Origin: Geosiphon pyriformis uo1 | Lineage: Eukaryota; Fungi; Glomeromycota | Length of the DNA: 64,000 nucleotides | Assembly: GCA_016748015.1 (NCBI GenBank) | Contig: JAAOMT010000638.1 | Coordinates: forward strand, 62,001-126,000 | Reading direction: 5' to 3' | Program-made: the position numbers and the translations under genes | The notes under the pieces: generated by a model | The model's database searches: none | What the model was told of the DNA's origin: nothing | The model's input: only the letters and a program-made list of their open reading frames with translations | Part shown: piece after piece, positions 52,501-64,000 of the stretch | How the letters are laid out: each line of letters begins with the position of its first letter | Numbering within the stretch: position 1 is the stretch's first letter

Positions 52501-54100
52501 TAAAATAAAACTATAATTAACTGTTTGTTTTTAAAAACAAATAAATTGACAAAAGTCTATTAAAAATTTTGAAAATTTTGAAAATATGTTTAGTTAAATA
52601 TATATTCATAATTATTATAATATTAGCCCAAAAAATTTGAATCTAAATTTAAAATAAAAATTTGTATATTATTATATTTATTTGCAATTTATAATTTAAT
52701 ACTTAAATAAAACTTAGTTTTATAATTATTAATATATTATTATTTGATTTTTTATACTACTTAATATTATTATTTTACTTGACAAAAACATTTATGTTTT
52801 TAATATTATATATAGCTATTTTTTAAGTATTAATTTGATTAATTTTTATAATTAACATATTGGTTTTTAAGTCACTAATTTTAGCTGTTAAGATTTTTAA
52901 GTTACTCATAAATAGCTTCTAAAAGTTATTTATTATATTAAATATAATTAAAAGCTTTGATAAAAATTTATTAATAACTATCTTCAAATTCAATATGTTA
53001 TATTGTAAAAATGTCTTTTTAATATTTAATAAATAAAAAAAACAAAGAAAATTTAACTTACATAAAATATCAAAAATATGATTAATTAAAAATATTTTAA
53101 AATATTTAAACAGAAATTTAAAGCTGAAACCATAGAATTATAATTAATAGTATTTAGTATGTTTTAATACTTTTGAAAAAATGTAAGTTGAATTTTAAAA
53201 AGAAGTAAAATTTAAATTATTAACTATTTATGTTTATGTTTTATTATTAAAAAAAGCTAAATAAAAGATAAAAACTTGTTTTTTTACTTATATATATGTA
53301 AAATACTATTTAATAAAACTAAAAAATAATTTTTTAACTTTTTATTAAGTATACAAACACTTAAAATATGATTATTTTGCTTATAATTAATATACAAAAA
53401 AAACATCAAACCAGTTTAACACAAATTTATATTCTTAAAAACCAGAATTAAATAAACAACAGCTTTTTTACAAGCAACAGAATTAAAATAAACTACAATA
53501 TAATAAGCTTATACATATATAATTAAATTACAAACTATAACAAAATTTTTATATTATATAATATAAAAAAACCTGAAAAATTATAAATAATAATACTTAT
53601 TAAAAATGTATATAGTAAAATATAATATTAGTTTTTTAGGTCTCATATTTGTTTATTAATATTTGCTTTAATATGTATACAGAATTTTTTTTACGAAAAT
53701 TAACTATTTAAAAACTACTTAATTAATAATATTAATAATTTTAAACTTTATTAATGCTTTTTGTTAAAGACTAATTAATTGTATTTTAATTGTTTTTAAT
53801 ATATCAAATTTAATTAATGCCAATTTTATTACTAATTTAAAAAGATTACTGAAATTTTTTTAATGATCAATTTTTAATTTAATTTAATATTGATCTACTG
53901 TAAATTAATATTTATCAAAATTTTTTTATTAATAACTAATTATTTAGTTTAATTAAGACTAAATTTGAAGATAAATATTAAATAAATAATTTTATAAAAT
54001 TTTAAGAAAGCAAAAACTCTTTAAATTTATTTACTTAATAAAACAATTTCTTAACAATCTTTAATTTTTTATTCAAATTCTTATTTAAAACAATTAATAT
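49550..54100 (-). mobile_element. Heavily mutated relic of the same LINE family as 57223-63955 (boundaries approximate)
   Basis: Collinear similarity seen by eye: ~49600-49760 to the Zn-finger region 57860-58050; 50341-50376 minus strand reads GVIISVFTDGFLK (cf. RNase H SLSVYTDGSVK); 51961-51986 ttattaattcaaaaaaatttactagt versus 59638-59663 ttattaatccaaaaaaattcactagc; ~53470-54050 to ORF1 62740-63320. Confidence 0.75.
50760..51365 (-). mobile_element. Non-autonomous, internally deleted Tc1-like element (606 bp) retaining the N-terminal HTH of the transposase (51116-50868)
   Basis: TA TSDs (50758-59, 51366-67). 28-bp TIRs cagagggtgtccaaaagtttcc(g/a)aacaa with one mismatch. ORF MGAKKELTIAQRNTI...YRDIANIVNCSLTTVSDTIKRF...RSGRPR has no DDE domain. 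Confidence 0.93.
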
Positions 54101-57100
54101 ATTAATATATTATATAAATAATCTTATAGATTCAAAAAGTTTTATTTTTTTAACTAATAAAATAATTATAACACTTGTATTTACAGAAATTAGAAAAGAG
54201 AAATTTAATAATTTATTATTGTTTATATTATTAATAACAAAAAAGTGTGAAGATTTTAACAAATTAAAAGGTGTAATTTAAGTTTAATATAATATTATAT
54301 TATTTATATTTTTATTATCTTTTAAATTATCTAAATTTATGTAATAAGTTTTTTCTATAATTTATTTATTTAAAAGTTCAATCTTTAAAGTTTTACCAAT
54401 ATGTTTTATTTTGTTTTCTACTTTATTTTTTTATAATTTGTATAAGTTTTAATTTGTGGTATTTAAAGTATTTAAAGCCAAAAAATTTGCAAATATGTTA
54501 ATTATAGCAGTAAGATTACTAAGTTTTTTTTACTTTTTTGGTATTTTTATAGATAAAAGTTGATAAAAACCAATTTTTTTTGATATTTGAACAACTATTA
54601 ATATTAGTCTTACCAATATTTAAAACTCTAACAAAAAAAATAACTGGTTTTATTACTTCTATTTTATAATAAATAATTTATTTAAAAATTAAATATAATT
54701 ATAATTATAAAATAATTTAAAAATAATAAACAATAATAATTTTAAATAAATTAAAATATAATAATATAATAATATTTATCTTTTATTATCTTTAAATAAA
54801 TAAATTAATCCAATATTTTAATTAAATTTTTTGTAAAACTTTAGCAAAAACCAGTAAAAAAATTAACTTATAAAACAAAATTTTGTTTTTAGTATTTTTT
54901 GTTTATTAAACAATAAATTACAATATAATTAATTATAAATTCTTTTATTTATTTTATAAATATATAACAATATTATTTATTAAAATTAATATTAAAACTA
55001 AAACTTTGAAAAAGTTAAGTTAACTCTTTTTGATTTAGTATTTGACTTGTAAAGTTAAGTTTAAGTCATAAATATTTTGATTTAAAATAATATAAATCAA
55101 AATTTTATGACTTGATTTAATTTACCAAATCTTATATATAAGTAGATTAAATTTCAATTTAGTTTTTATTAACTTTAAAAATAACAAATAATTAAAATAA
55201 TATATTTGTTTTTAAAAATAATATGTTTAATAATCATATTAAAATAGTTACTATAGTTATTATAATTAAAAAATGAAACAAATATGAGTTTGAAATTTTT
55301 ATAAACAATTTAGCAATAAAAAAACTAAATATAACTTTTGTAAATAAATATTTTTAATTATACAAATATTTTTTTATTAATTATTAATTATCTGTTTAAT
55401 CTATTTATTAATAAGTTTTTAATAACCAAAATATAAAATAAAATAAATTTGGTATTATTTTATTAATAAAATATATACAACAAAAAACTTTTAATAAATT
55501 AACAAGAAATCTATTAAGTTAAAATTAATAGATAAATTTTTGAAATTAAAATTAGACATTTTCTTTTGTTTATTTAAAATCTACACAATATTATAATTTT
55601 TTTAGATATTTTCTTTAAGTCATTTTTAAAGTATTTGTTATAATAATTAATTAATGAGAACAAATTATTTATTGCTGTTAAAAATAAATATTTTCATCAA
55701 ATTTTTCATTTTTTCAAGCTTAATATTTCTATTTTAAAATTTATACTATAAAAAATAATGCTATAAAATTATTTATAATAGAAAAACAAAACATTTTAAG
55801 ACTTTTGTAAATAATACGATTTTTATTATATAATATAATATATTTATTAATTTTAAAATATTTAAACCAAAGTTTTTTCACTTTTGATTATTAGATATTT
55901 TCAAATTAAATTGCTTTTCTAAAAATTACAAAACATTAAATTAATAAAAATTGGCAACTAATAAATATTTTTGTCAATTTTATTCAACTTTAATAAATTG
56001 TATTTTGATAAAAATCTTGTTATAATATTTGTAAAGTATTGTAAAAAACTTAATACTTTTATTAAGTTAATATTATGTTTTTTTATTATACTTTTATTTA
56101 CTTTTAATTTTTTAAATTCTGGTATATATCACAAATAATGTCTCAAATAACAACATATTTATGTACTGTTTTAAAAAAATTTGCTAAAAAAAAATATTAA
56201 ATTTAATAGACATAAAAATCATATTTATTATATTACTTATATTATTAATTTGGCAGTTTAAAATACACTAAAAATATTAAAAACTGGTAATATTATTAAA
56301 AAAAATATTGAGTTAACTACTTAAAGTATTTTGGATTTAGATTTAATTTTTAAGATAAGTATATAATTAAAATTAGTTTTGTTTGATTATTAAATTCAAA
56401 ATTTCTATAATCTAGTATATTGTATTTTACATATTATTTAGCTTCAAAAATTAATTATTAAAATTTGTTTTTTATCTTAATATGTTAAAGTAAATATATG
56501 AATTTTGTTAAATTAGATTAATTTTTTACTCATTAAAATCAAAATTATATTCACTATTAATCTTAATATTTATAGACTATTAATAATATAATAACTTAAA
56601 AAAAAATAGATAAAAAAAGAGATAAAAAAAAGGTAAAGAAAAAAAAAAGAAAAAAGAAAAAGACAAACAAGAGAAAAAACAAATATATTATGTTTACAAA
56701 ATATTATTTAATTATATTATGGTTTCAAAAACCATTTTTCTTAATTATATACAAGTTTTTTATGTCAAATATTTAATTTTTTTATTGTTATAAGATAGTT
56801 TTCTTGGTATATTAAATGTTAATATTCTGTTTTAATTGTAATTTGTCTTTTATGAGTTTTTTAATTCTATAATAATATTAATATTATACTAAAAACTTTT
56901 TTTAATATTATAATGTAAATTATTTCTTAATTTTTGATTATTGTATATATATTTAAGTATTTTTTTTTAGAGACTAAACTAAAATCTATTTGTTGTTTGA
57001 AGTTTTTTCTAAGATTATTTTTGCAATTTTTTAATGTGTTTCTCTAATTTAAAAACAAAAAATATTAATAATTTTTAATGTTTTTTTTAATTTTTATAAT

Positions 57101-57350
57101 AAAGTTTTTATTAGTTAATAACAATATAAAAAATCTTAATCAAAGATTATTTTTTTAAGAAATTTAGCTAATTAATGATAGTTTTATTTAATAAATAATA
57201 CAAATAAGTTTTTTAATATTTTTTTTTTTTTTATTTAATGACTGAGGTCTAAACACTACTTAGAACTATACATCAAAGAAATGATCTAAATTAGGAATGA
57301 ATCATGCACTTTCTACATGTGACCAGCCACTCGAGCCAGTCAGGACAATA

Positions 57351-60300
57351 CTACACAATTATATTAACTGAAACCAGATTACCAATATCTGAAAAAAATG
57401 AGCAAGATTTGCGAAAGCCAAAATGAATGCCAAAAGCTTCAGTAACACCAAGCAGTTTAACCACACTATTCAAAAATCTTGAAGCCAAACCATAAACTGA
57501 GACAGGAGCTGAATCATCCATCAGGATCAGGCCATTCTTTTCCATGTATGCACAATGCTTAGCACAGACCAACCAAATGTCATTCCTGAAAATAACATAA
57601 ATAGAACGTACAAAATCAGCAATTTTAATGCCAGCAACCCTGAGATCATGGAAGATAGAAACAGCCTCCTGAAGCCATCCTTTGAAAACAAAACTCTTGC
57701 AAAGGGCCGAGAATACCAGGAAATCTGAAGCACAGGTCGACAGCATCTGTAATATGTTTGAAGAAGGGAGAGAGAGACCAGAAAGCACTTTTCAAGAAGA
57801 CATACAGAATTCCAAAACCCGACGATGAGCCGCATCATCAATCATACAAGAAAACACATGATCAGACACCTCCACCTCACCACAATACAGACACAAAACA
57901 CTAAGATAACTTTTATCATAAATGCGCTTTCAAACAGCAATGGAAAGCTGATAGTGCAAAGCCTTTATAAGATAAGTACAAATATTAGCAGTGTATCTGC
58001 TGGTGAAACCAGTTGCCATATGCAAATCTGAATGCCAAACTCTGGAAGAGGTAAGCCAATCGACATCCGAATGCAAATCACCAGCTAGAAACCTAGAACC
58101 AGAACTGACTTCCTAGTACGCCTGACAGACAGCATGAAAAATATCTCGAAAAAAGTGCCTAGAATTACCAGAAACAATACCACCATCTGCCAACAAAAAC
58201 CATTCAGCAACACAAGGAGGAAAAAACCAATCAGAGAGAGCTACAGCATCAGCAATGCTATTGGTGCAATCATTTTCCAACACACCAGAGTGGCTCTTGA
58301 CCTTATGCCAGCTAACCCTCAAATTTTTTTTGTGGATAATATTTCTAATATGCTAGTGTTCAACCCAACACCGATTGCGAAAGTCAGGATACACCAAATT
58401 AATTTCTGACTTGCAAGCATCCAAAGCTGCCTGGCTATCTAAAAATAGACAAACAGAACAATCCACAGGTACGCACTCCAGAGCCAATGCTATAGCCTGC
58501 AACTCCACCAAAGTAGATGATATCAAATCCTGAACACAGACACCTAAACCCAAATTAATGTCCTCAAAAAAGGCAGCAGCTCCGGCCCTATAACCAGTCG
58601 TGCCCAAATTTTTTACTGACCCATCCGTATACACAGACAAACTATCAGCACCAACCCAAGAAAGACGATCACATACAGACACAAAATCATCAGAACCACA
58701 AATGTTCACAGGGCCAACACCACTCAAAGCCAAAGAAAAGGGAGGCGCACCACTGAGAAATGCAACAAAGTACTCAAACCACTCAGGAACCAGGCCATGA
58801 AGATCCAGTTTCTTCTACTGCTTAAAGGTGTACTAATCAAAGATATCCCCATGACAATCCTGAAGCTGATCCACAAAGGCAATGCCATAATGCCGGAGAG
58901 AAGGCAAGTATTTGAAAAACAAGGATTCACCCAGAACAGCAGATATAGGCACCCCATTATGCAACTGAAAAGCGCTGGCCAAAGAGCCACCTAAATACAA
59001 ATTGCATTCAAGAAAAATGCATACCAAATCTGACAAGAAATTATTGGAAATACAGACATGAATACGAGCCAGTGAATTCAATGGATGAATGGGACACCAA
59101 CACAGAACCTGCAAGTCGTGAGACTTGTGACTAAACAATTGACTCAGAACCCCGCAGGAGTTCGCAAAATTAATAAGTGAAGCAATCTTGCTTTTAGACT
59201 GACATTGTGAGAAGAATTTCAAACCATAAAAAAAAAGATGATGAATCGTATCACTAAGAAAATTGAGAGGAAGACCAGATTTAAGTTTCAAACCCTTGCG
59301 AATCAGAGCATCCCACTTGTCACACACACTAACAAGAACAAAGCTGAACTGCATTCTGTAGCTGACTATAGGATGAAGAACTGCTGACACCAGGTACAAA
59401 AACTGCTTATCTGAAACCACTTTCTTTAGAACCAAATTACTGAAAAAACGAACGTTCAAATGTGCTTTAGCCAAACTAGGCTTAGAAAGACCATCAGTTG
59501 AAAGAAAGATACCAAGATACCAATAAAATTCACCTTTTCTGGCTATGGAAATGAGTGAATTACTGATGAAAAGAAATAGATTGCTGATCTTGCTATTAAT
59601 AAGAATGGCCACAGTTTTGTTATTATTGATTGAAATGTTATTAATCCAAAAAAATTCACTAGCAACATTGAGAATATGTTGAGTAGCAGCCTGACTGCCG
59701 CCAACCCAAATCGTGTCATCAACAAAGACCTCAGCAGCAAAAAAAGTAAAAAACCCAGTCTGAGATTCAGTGCGACCATTCCTAAAGACAAAATGGGAAT
59801 TGAGTCTATACCCGCATACACTCTTCTGATGCTTGACTTCACACAAAAAAGGATCATAAAATATGTACCAAAGAAGAAAGGAAAAAACTTTTCTTTGGTT
59901 TAACCCATCATGCACACTATAATCATCAGTTAAACTAAAATCTGTCATAACCCAATTGGTCTGATTCCTATGAATATTACTGAAAAAGCGAATAAATTTG
60001 CCACACATTTTGATCCTAACCAAACACTTCTCGAGATGCTTTCACCCAACAGAGTCATACACTTTCCGCATGTTCTGCAATACCAGCCAGAACTTCCTGT
60101 TTTTCTCCAAAGTATTCTCAACAACCAAACCAATAGCAAAAATAAGAGTTTGGGTAGTTGTACCCTTCAAAACTGAAAAATTATCTCCATAAAGAATGTC
60201 ATGAGCACTGCACACCAGTGATATCCTGTTAGAGAGAATTTTGGAGAGGATCTTGCGAGTTGTCTTGATCAAGGCTATAGGTCGGGTATTTATGAGAACA

Positions 60301-62030
60301 TCTTCCCACTCATATGGTTTAGGGATCATGGAAACCCAAGCTTCCCTCCAAGAACCAGGCACAGACTCATGAGACAGACAAGAATTCAGAAGCACCAAGA
60401 GCATATTTAGAACAGACCTATCACTATGCATCTACAGCTCATTTGATATACCTGAAAGACCAGCAGCCTTGCCAATCGGCAGATTAGAAACCACACCAAA
60501 CAATTCCAAAAACTTAATTGGCTGCATTACACCAGAAAAAGCTTCATCAAAAACATAATCCAATGACCAATACTGATGGTACCACACATCAGGGACATCA
60601 GGAACCACTCTACGTTTCCTAGTTTATCCTTCCATAATTTCATCCACCCTTGATCTCACAAGACCAGGTTCCAAAACCAGCTCATTGTCCACAACTAAGT
60701 GATCCAAAACAACTTTATGGAAAGGGTGCTCCAGAATGCTCTAAATAGTGTGATTCTTATTCAGCTCAAAACTTTCCATCCTTTTATTGATTGCTGATTT
60801 GATAAGAAATTCCTCCACGTGCTTCGATTCTGCCATTTTAAGTGAGCAATAAGTTTTTCTGACCTTGGAAAGGGCTGACCAAACAGTATTAAGAGAAGAG
60901 CTGAAGAGAAAAAGAGATCTGACCACAGAGACATTATCTCTATCAAGAGAACCCCAGACATCCAACAATGAAATAAATTTATCATGACAAATCGACTGAG
61001 AAGCTTTAACCAGCTTTGATATCAAAAGTTCTAACTTATGAAATTTGGAAGATTCCCTAATGAAGACACCATCATAGTTCTTAAACCATTTTTTCTTGAA
61101 CACCTCATCAGCTGAAAAAATTATTATCTTGCGAACAATGTCTTACATCACATCCAAATCTGAGAATTGCTGGGAGACAATAAAATCTTCAGAGAACATG
61201 GTGGCATTAGCAGCCGTAGCACCCTTGAACTTGTTCTATTTTGTGTCATCAACACCCTTAAAATTAAACTTCCAACAATTTCTATTCACCTGTTTGTGAA
61301 GAGAGTTCAACTGCACGTCCAATAAACCACCCAAACCCAAAGACACAGAAACAGCCTGATGGTTCGTTTCGAAATGCTCACCAACATCTAAGACACTGCA
61401 GTGTACTATTGCATTAACCAAATTTGAAAAAATTATCACATAGTCAATCGTTTTTCTAACACCCCTAGAGTTTGTCCAAGTGGGCAATTTCACAGCCGGG
61501 CTTCCGACCAAAGAATTTGCCAGACCCAAATCAAGGCATTTCCTAAAACTTGCACACTTATGAGAACTATCTTCATTAAAGTCACTACCAAGAACAATAA
61601 AAGAAGATTTATTAACAGCCTTTACAATAAAAGAGTTGATTTTATCAGCTTGAGAGAACTGAACTGCCGAAAAAGCACCAGCATAAAGCCCCAGAATTAA
61701 CACAGAAAGTTTACCCTTGAAAAGTAATTTAACAGACAAGAGCCGACCAGGCACCTCTGAAACCTTGTACAGATGACAAGCCAAAGAAACATTCATGATA
61801 ACAGCAACACCCATACCCAAGTGACCAGAATCTAAACCAGAAGTAAACACTTAAACACCATCAAACTTATCCGCAATCTATAAATGAACCTTACCTCTTA
61901 ATTTTGTTTCAGTAACAATAGAGACCAAATTGTTCATTTCCTTATGTTACCTAATAATGTCCTTCTGCTTAGCGGGGTTGTTCATGCCTCTGACGTTGCA
62001 TATAGTAAATTTCCAGACCAAACTGCTCAT
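57351..62030 (-). pseudogene. LINE ORF2 (EN-RT-RNase H-Zn finger) with multiple stops and frameshifts
   Basis: EN: CNVRGMNN, VTETKL, VLGSDFN, TIDYV, ETNHQAV. RT: WREAWVSMIPKP, TRPIAL, QNMRKVYDSVG, FVDDTIWV, YLGIF. RNase H: VYTDGS, VELQAI, FLDSQ, KVKSHSG. Finger: CLYCGEVEVSDH. Confidence 0.9.
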
Positions 62031-63819
62031 TGAGTGAAGGGTAGAGACACCGAATGCGCACCTATACTATCCACTTTGGCTGAAAAGCCCAGAACCATTT
62101 CCATCAGACACTTCATGCTGTCTTCCAGCTTAGACACCAAAGACATATCAAAAGACACTGCTCCCATAACAGTCCCACCACTAGTGAACACACCCGAGCC
62201 CTTACTCATCACTACATCTGTGCCTTGATCCTGTGATGAAAGGGTCACCAATGGCTGACATCCAGAGCTAGGCTGAGGAACTATTGGTCTGAGTGCATTC
62301 AACCTTTTAGCCAGCTTACTAACTTGCTCTGCGAGACTGGTGAGACTGCGCTCAAGAACAGTGAACCTATTGTTGACCTCTATTGTAACTGGTAGAGATG
62401 GCTTCATCTCCGAAGAGAAGCCAACATTCACCAAAACATTTTGACTAGAGAGGGGGAGAGAAGAAAACCTGCGAGCAACCTTTGCCCAAGAGAGACCACC
62501 AAAAAAGACCGGACAAGCAACTGGAGCCGAGCATTTGGCATAAATGGCTGCCAGTCTGCTTTTATCTGTGTCTGAGAAAGCTCTACGCAACAAATTACCA
62601 GAAAAAAATTTCCCACCAATTACACAACCCAATGACATATGTCCCAACTTTTCATACTTGGCACATTTAGTAGAAATAAGGTAAAACCAGCGGAGATTGG
62701 CATTTTTAAGTACTGGCGTGGTTTCCACAGTAGCATTCAATGATTTAGCAAAGTTGAAGCAAACAACAGCACACCTGGCCTGAGTATATGTAACAGAATG
62801 ACGATCAATGATGCATGTTTTCTCACCCACAGATCTAACAAAGTCCCAGATATCATGAGTATTAGTCCCCATTAGCAGTATATAGAGCAGCACCCTATGT
62901 TGATCTCTTGCATCCCACGCTTTTTTGTCTGAATCAGCCCTAGTCACGCATACAGCATCTTTCCCAATCAGAATAAACCACTCAGTTGCAACCAAATCAG
63001 CCTGATCTGATTGCTCGAATTCTACTACTGCTTTCTGCTACAGCCCAATTAATTGCATCTTGATCACCTTAACAACTCCAAACTCGGATAGTGCAGCGTG
63101 CACAGTCTCAGCTGATGTTCCAATCGGAATTTCTTTTATAACCACAGCCCAATCTGACTGCCTAGAAGATTTTTTGAGATCGGTGTTTACTAAGATTTTC
63201 GCATTCGCAGCCTTATCAGTAGCTTTTATCAGACTTGATTCGGAAGTGAACGTTGCTCTGATCATCCCTGAGAATTTTGAGGGAGTAGACACTTCTCCAA
63301 AATCATTGATTCAAAAAATAATTTCCTCATCACCACAAGTTTTTCCTGAGAAGATTTGCCAGCCACCTTATCCAAGCCAATATCTAATGCAAATGACTTC
63401 CTGACTAGAACATTGACCAAGTTTTTCATAGGAGGGGAGAGCTCAAGAAGAGCATCCGAGAGAACACCATCATCATCACTACCTTTCAAGAAATCAATCT
63501 TTCCCAATGGCTTGCCCAATGTCTTTTTGGTTTTAACTTTTGAATTTGTGGGTGTCTGATCATGATCTCCACCAGCCAGAGCATTATCTTCACCATAATC
63601 AAAGCTGGTCTTCTCCACCAGACACTCCTTTTCTATATCAACACTCTCAGACTCAATAGTGTTCCCAGTCTCTGAATCCCATGAACAAACACCAGAAGCT
63701 TTAGCAGCAGCTCCTCTATTATTAATACCTTCTGCCAATACACTTCCCTTCCTCTTTTTCTTCAATGCAACTGCCTTGAAACCACTCTCAGAACCAGAAA
63801 CTTTAATAGTCTTTTTCAT
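62027..63819 (-). pseudogene. LINE ORF1 (gag-like), broken into three track ORFs
   Basis: ORFs 63819-63262, 63292-63038 and 62995-62027 in series, with RRM-like segments (AVVIKEIPIGTS; VLLYILLMGTNTHD), a degenerate knuckle CAKYEKLGHMSLGC and a coiled coil LERSLTSLAEQVSKLAKRL. Confidence 0.85.
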
Positions 63820-64000
63820 AACAGCAATAACAGAGCCAACAGTGGCCTCGTAATCAAAGAATGGTTTAGATTTATCGTACTGAATAGTAAAAAACTTCTC
63901 CCGAGAAAACTTTTGACTCTTTTTTTGGGAAATTTGGATGAAGGAGAGAAAGAAATTTTTTAATATTTTGAATTATAATAATTAGTTTTCAATATTTTTT

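Larger units (their letters stand above)
46540..57208. repeat. Extremely AT-rich block of hypermutated transposon relics
   Basis: Abrupt loss of G/C and near absence of CG dinucleotides apart from the 50760-51365 insert. No credible host ORFs. Confidence 0.85.
57223..63955 (-). mobile_element. Full-length (~6.7 kb) non-LTR retrotransposon (LINE) with APE endonuclease, RT, RNase H and Cys/His finger; inactivated
   Basis: Poly(A) tail seen as a T-run at 57219-57232. Candidate 14-bp TSD ttttttaatatttt at 57209-57222 and 63956-63969. Two broken ORFs on the minus strand. Confidence 0.92.

Noticed and set aside
46540-57208. Organelle or endosymbiont (Mollicutes-like) insertion, or a centromere
   Set aside because: No long ORFs or RNA genes are visible, part of it aligns to the LINE, and centromere status cannot be judged from sequence alone.
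57825-63853. Numerous plus-strand ORFs
   Set aside because: Antisense shadows of the minus-strand LINE ORFs.

Overview
AT-rich eukaryotic (fungal) genomic DNA with short spliceosomal introns. The gene and repeat content suggests an early-diverging fungus, most likely Glomeromycota (Geosiphon/Ambispora-like); this is inference. The left ~45 kb is a low-density gene region. It holds five members of one class I SAM-dependent (LaeA/Methyltransf_23-25-like) methyltransferase family: three intact, all starting with an MGxCC dual-acylation motif, one cut by the window edge and one pseudogene. It also holds a class-3 lipase homologue lacking catalytic Ser and His, an intronless MATA-type HMG-box gene, a nuclease-like/pseudokinase fusion, a Kex2-processed small secreted protein, a BTB/POZ gene, a deleted kinase pseudogene and a decayed full-length Tc1 (DD34E) transposon. 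The right ~18 kb is a transposon graveyard. An extremely G+C-depleted block (46.5-57.2 kb) contains a hypermutated relic of a LINE family with a younger non-autonomous Tc1 nested in it. Next to it lies a full-length, stop-riddled RNase H-encoding LINE of the same family (57.2-64.0 kb) with poly(A) tail and a candidate 14-bp TSD. All gene models were spliced by hand; no database searches were run.
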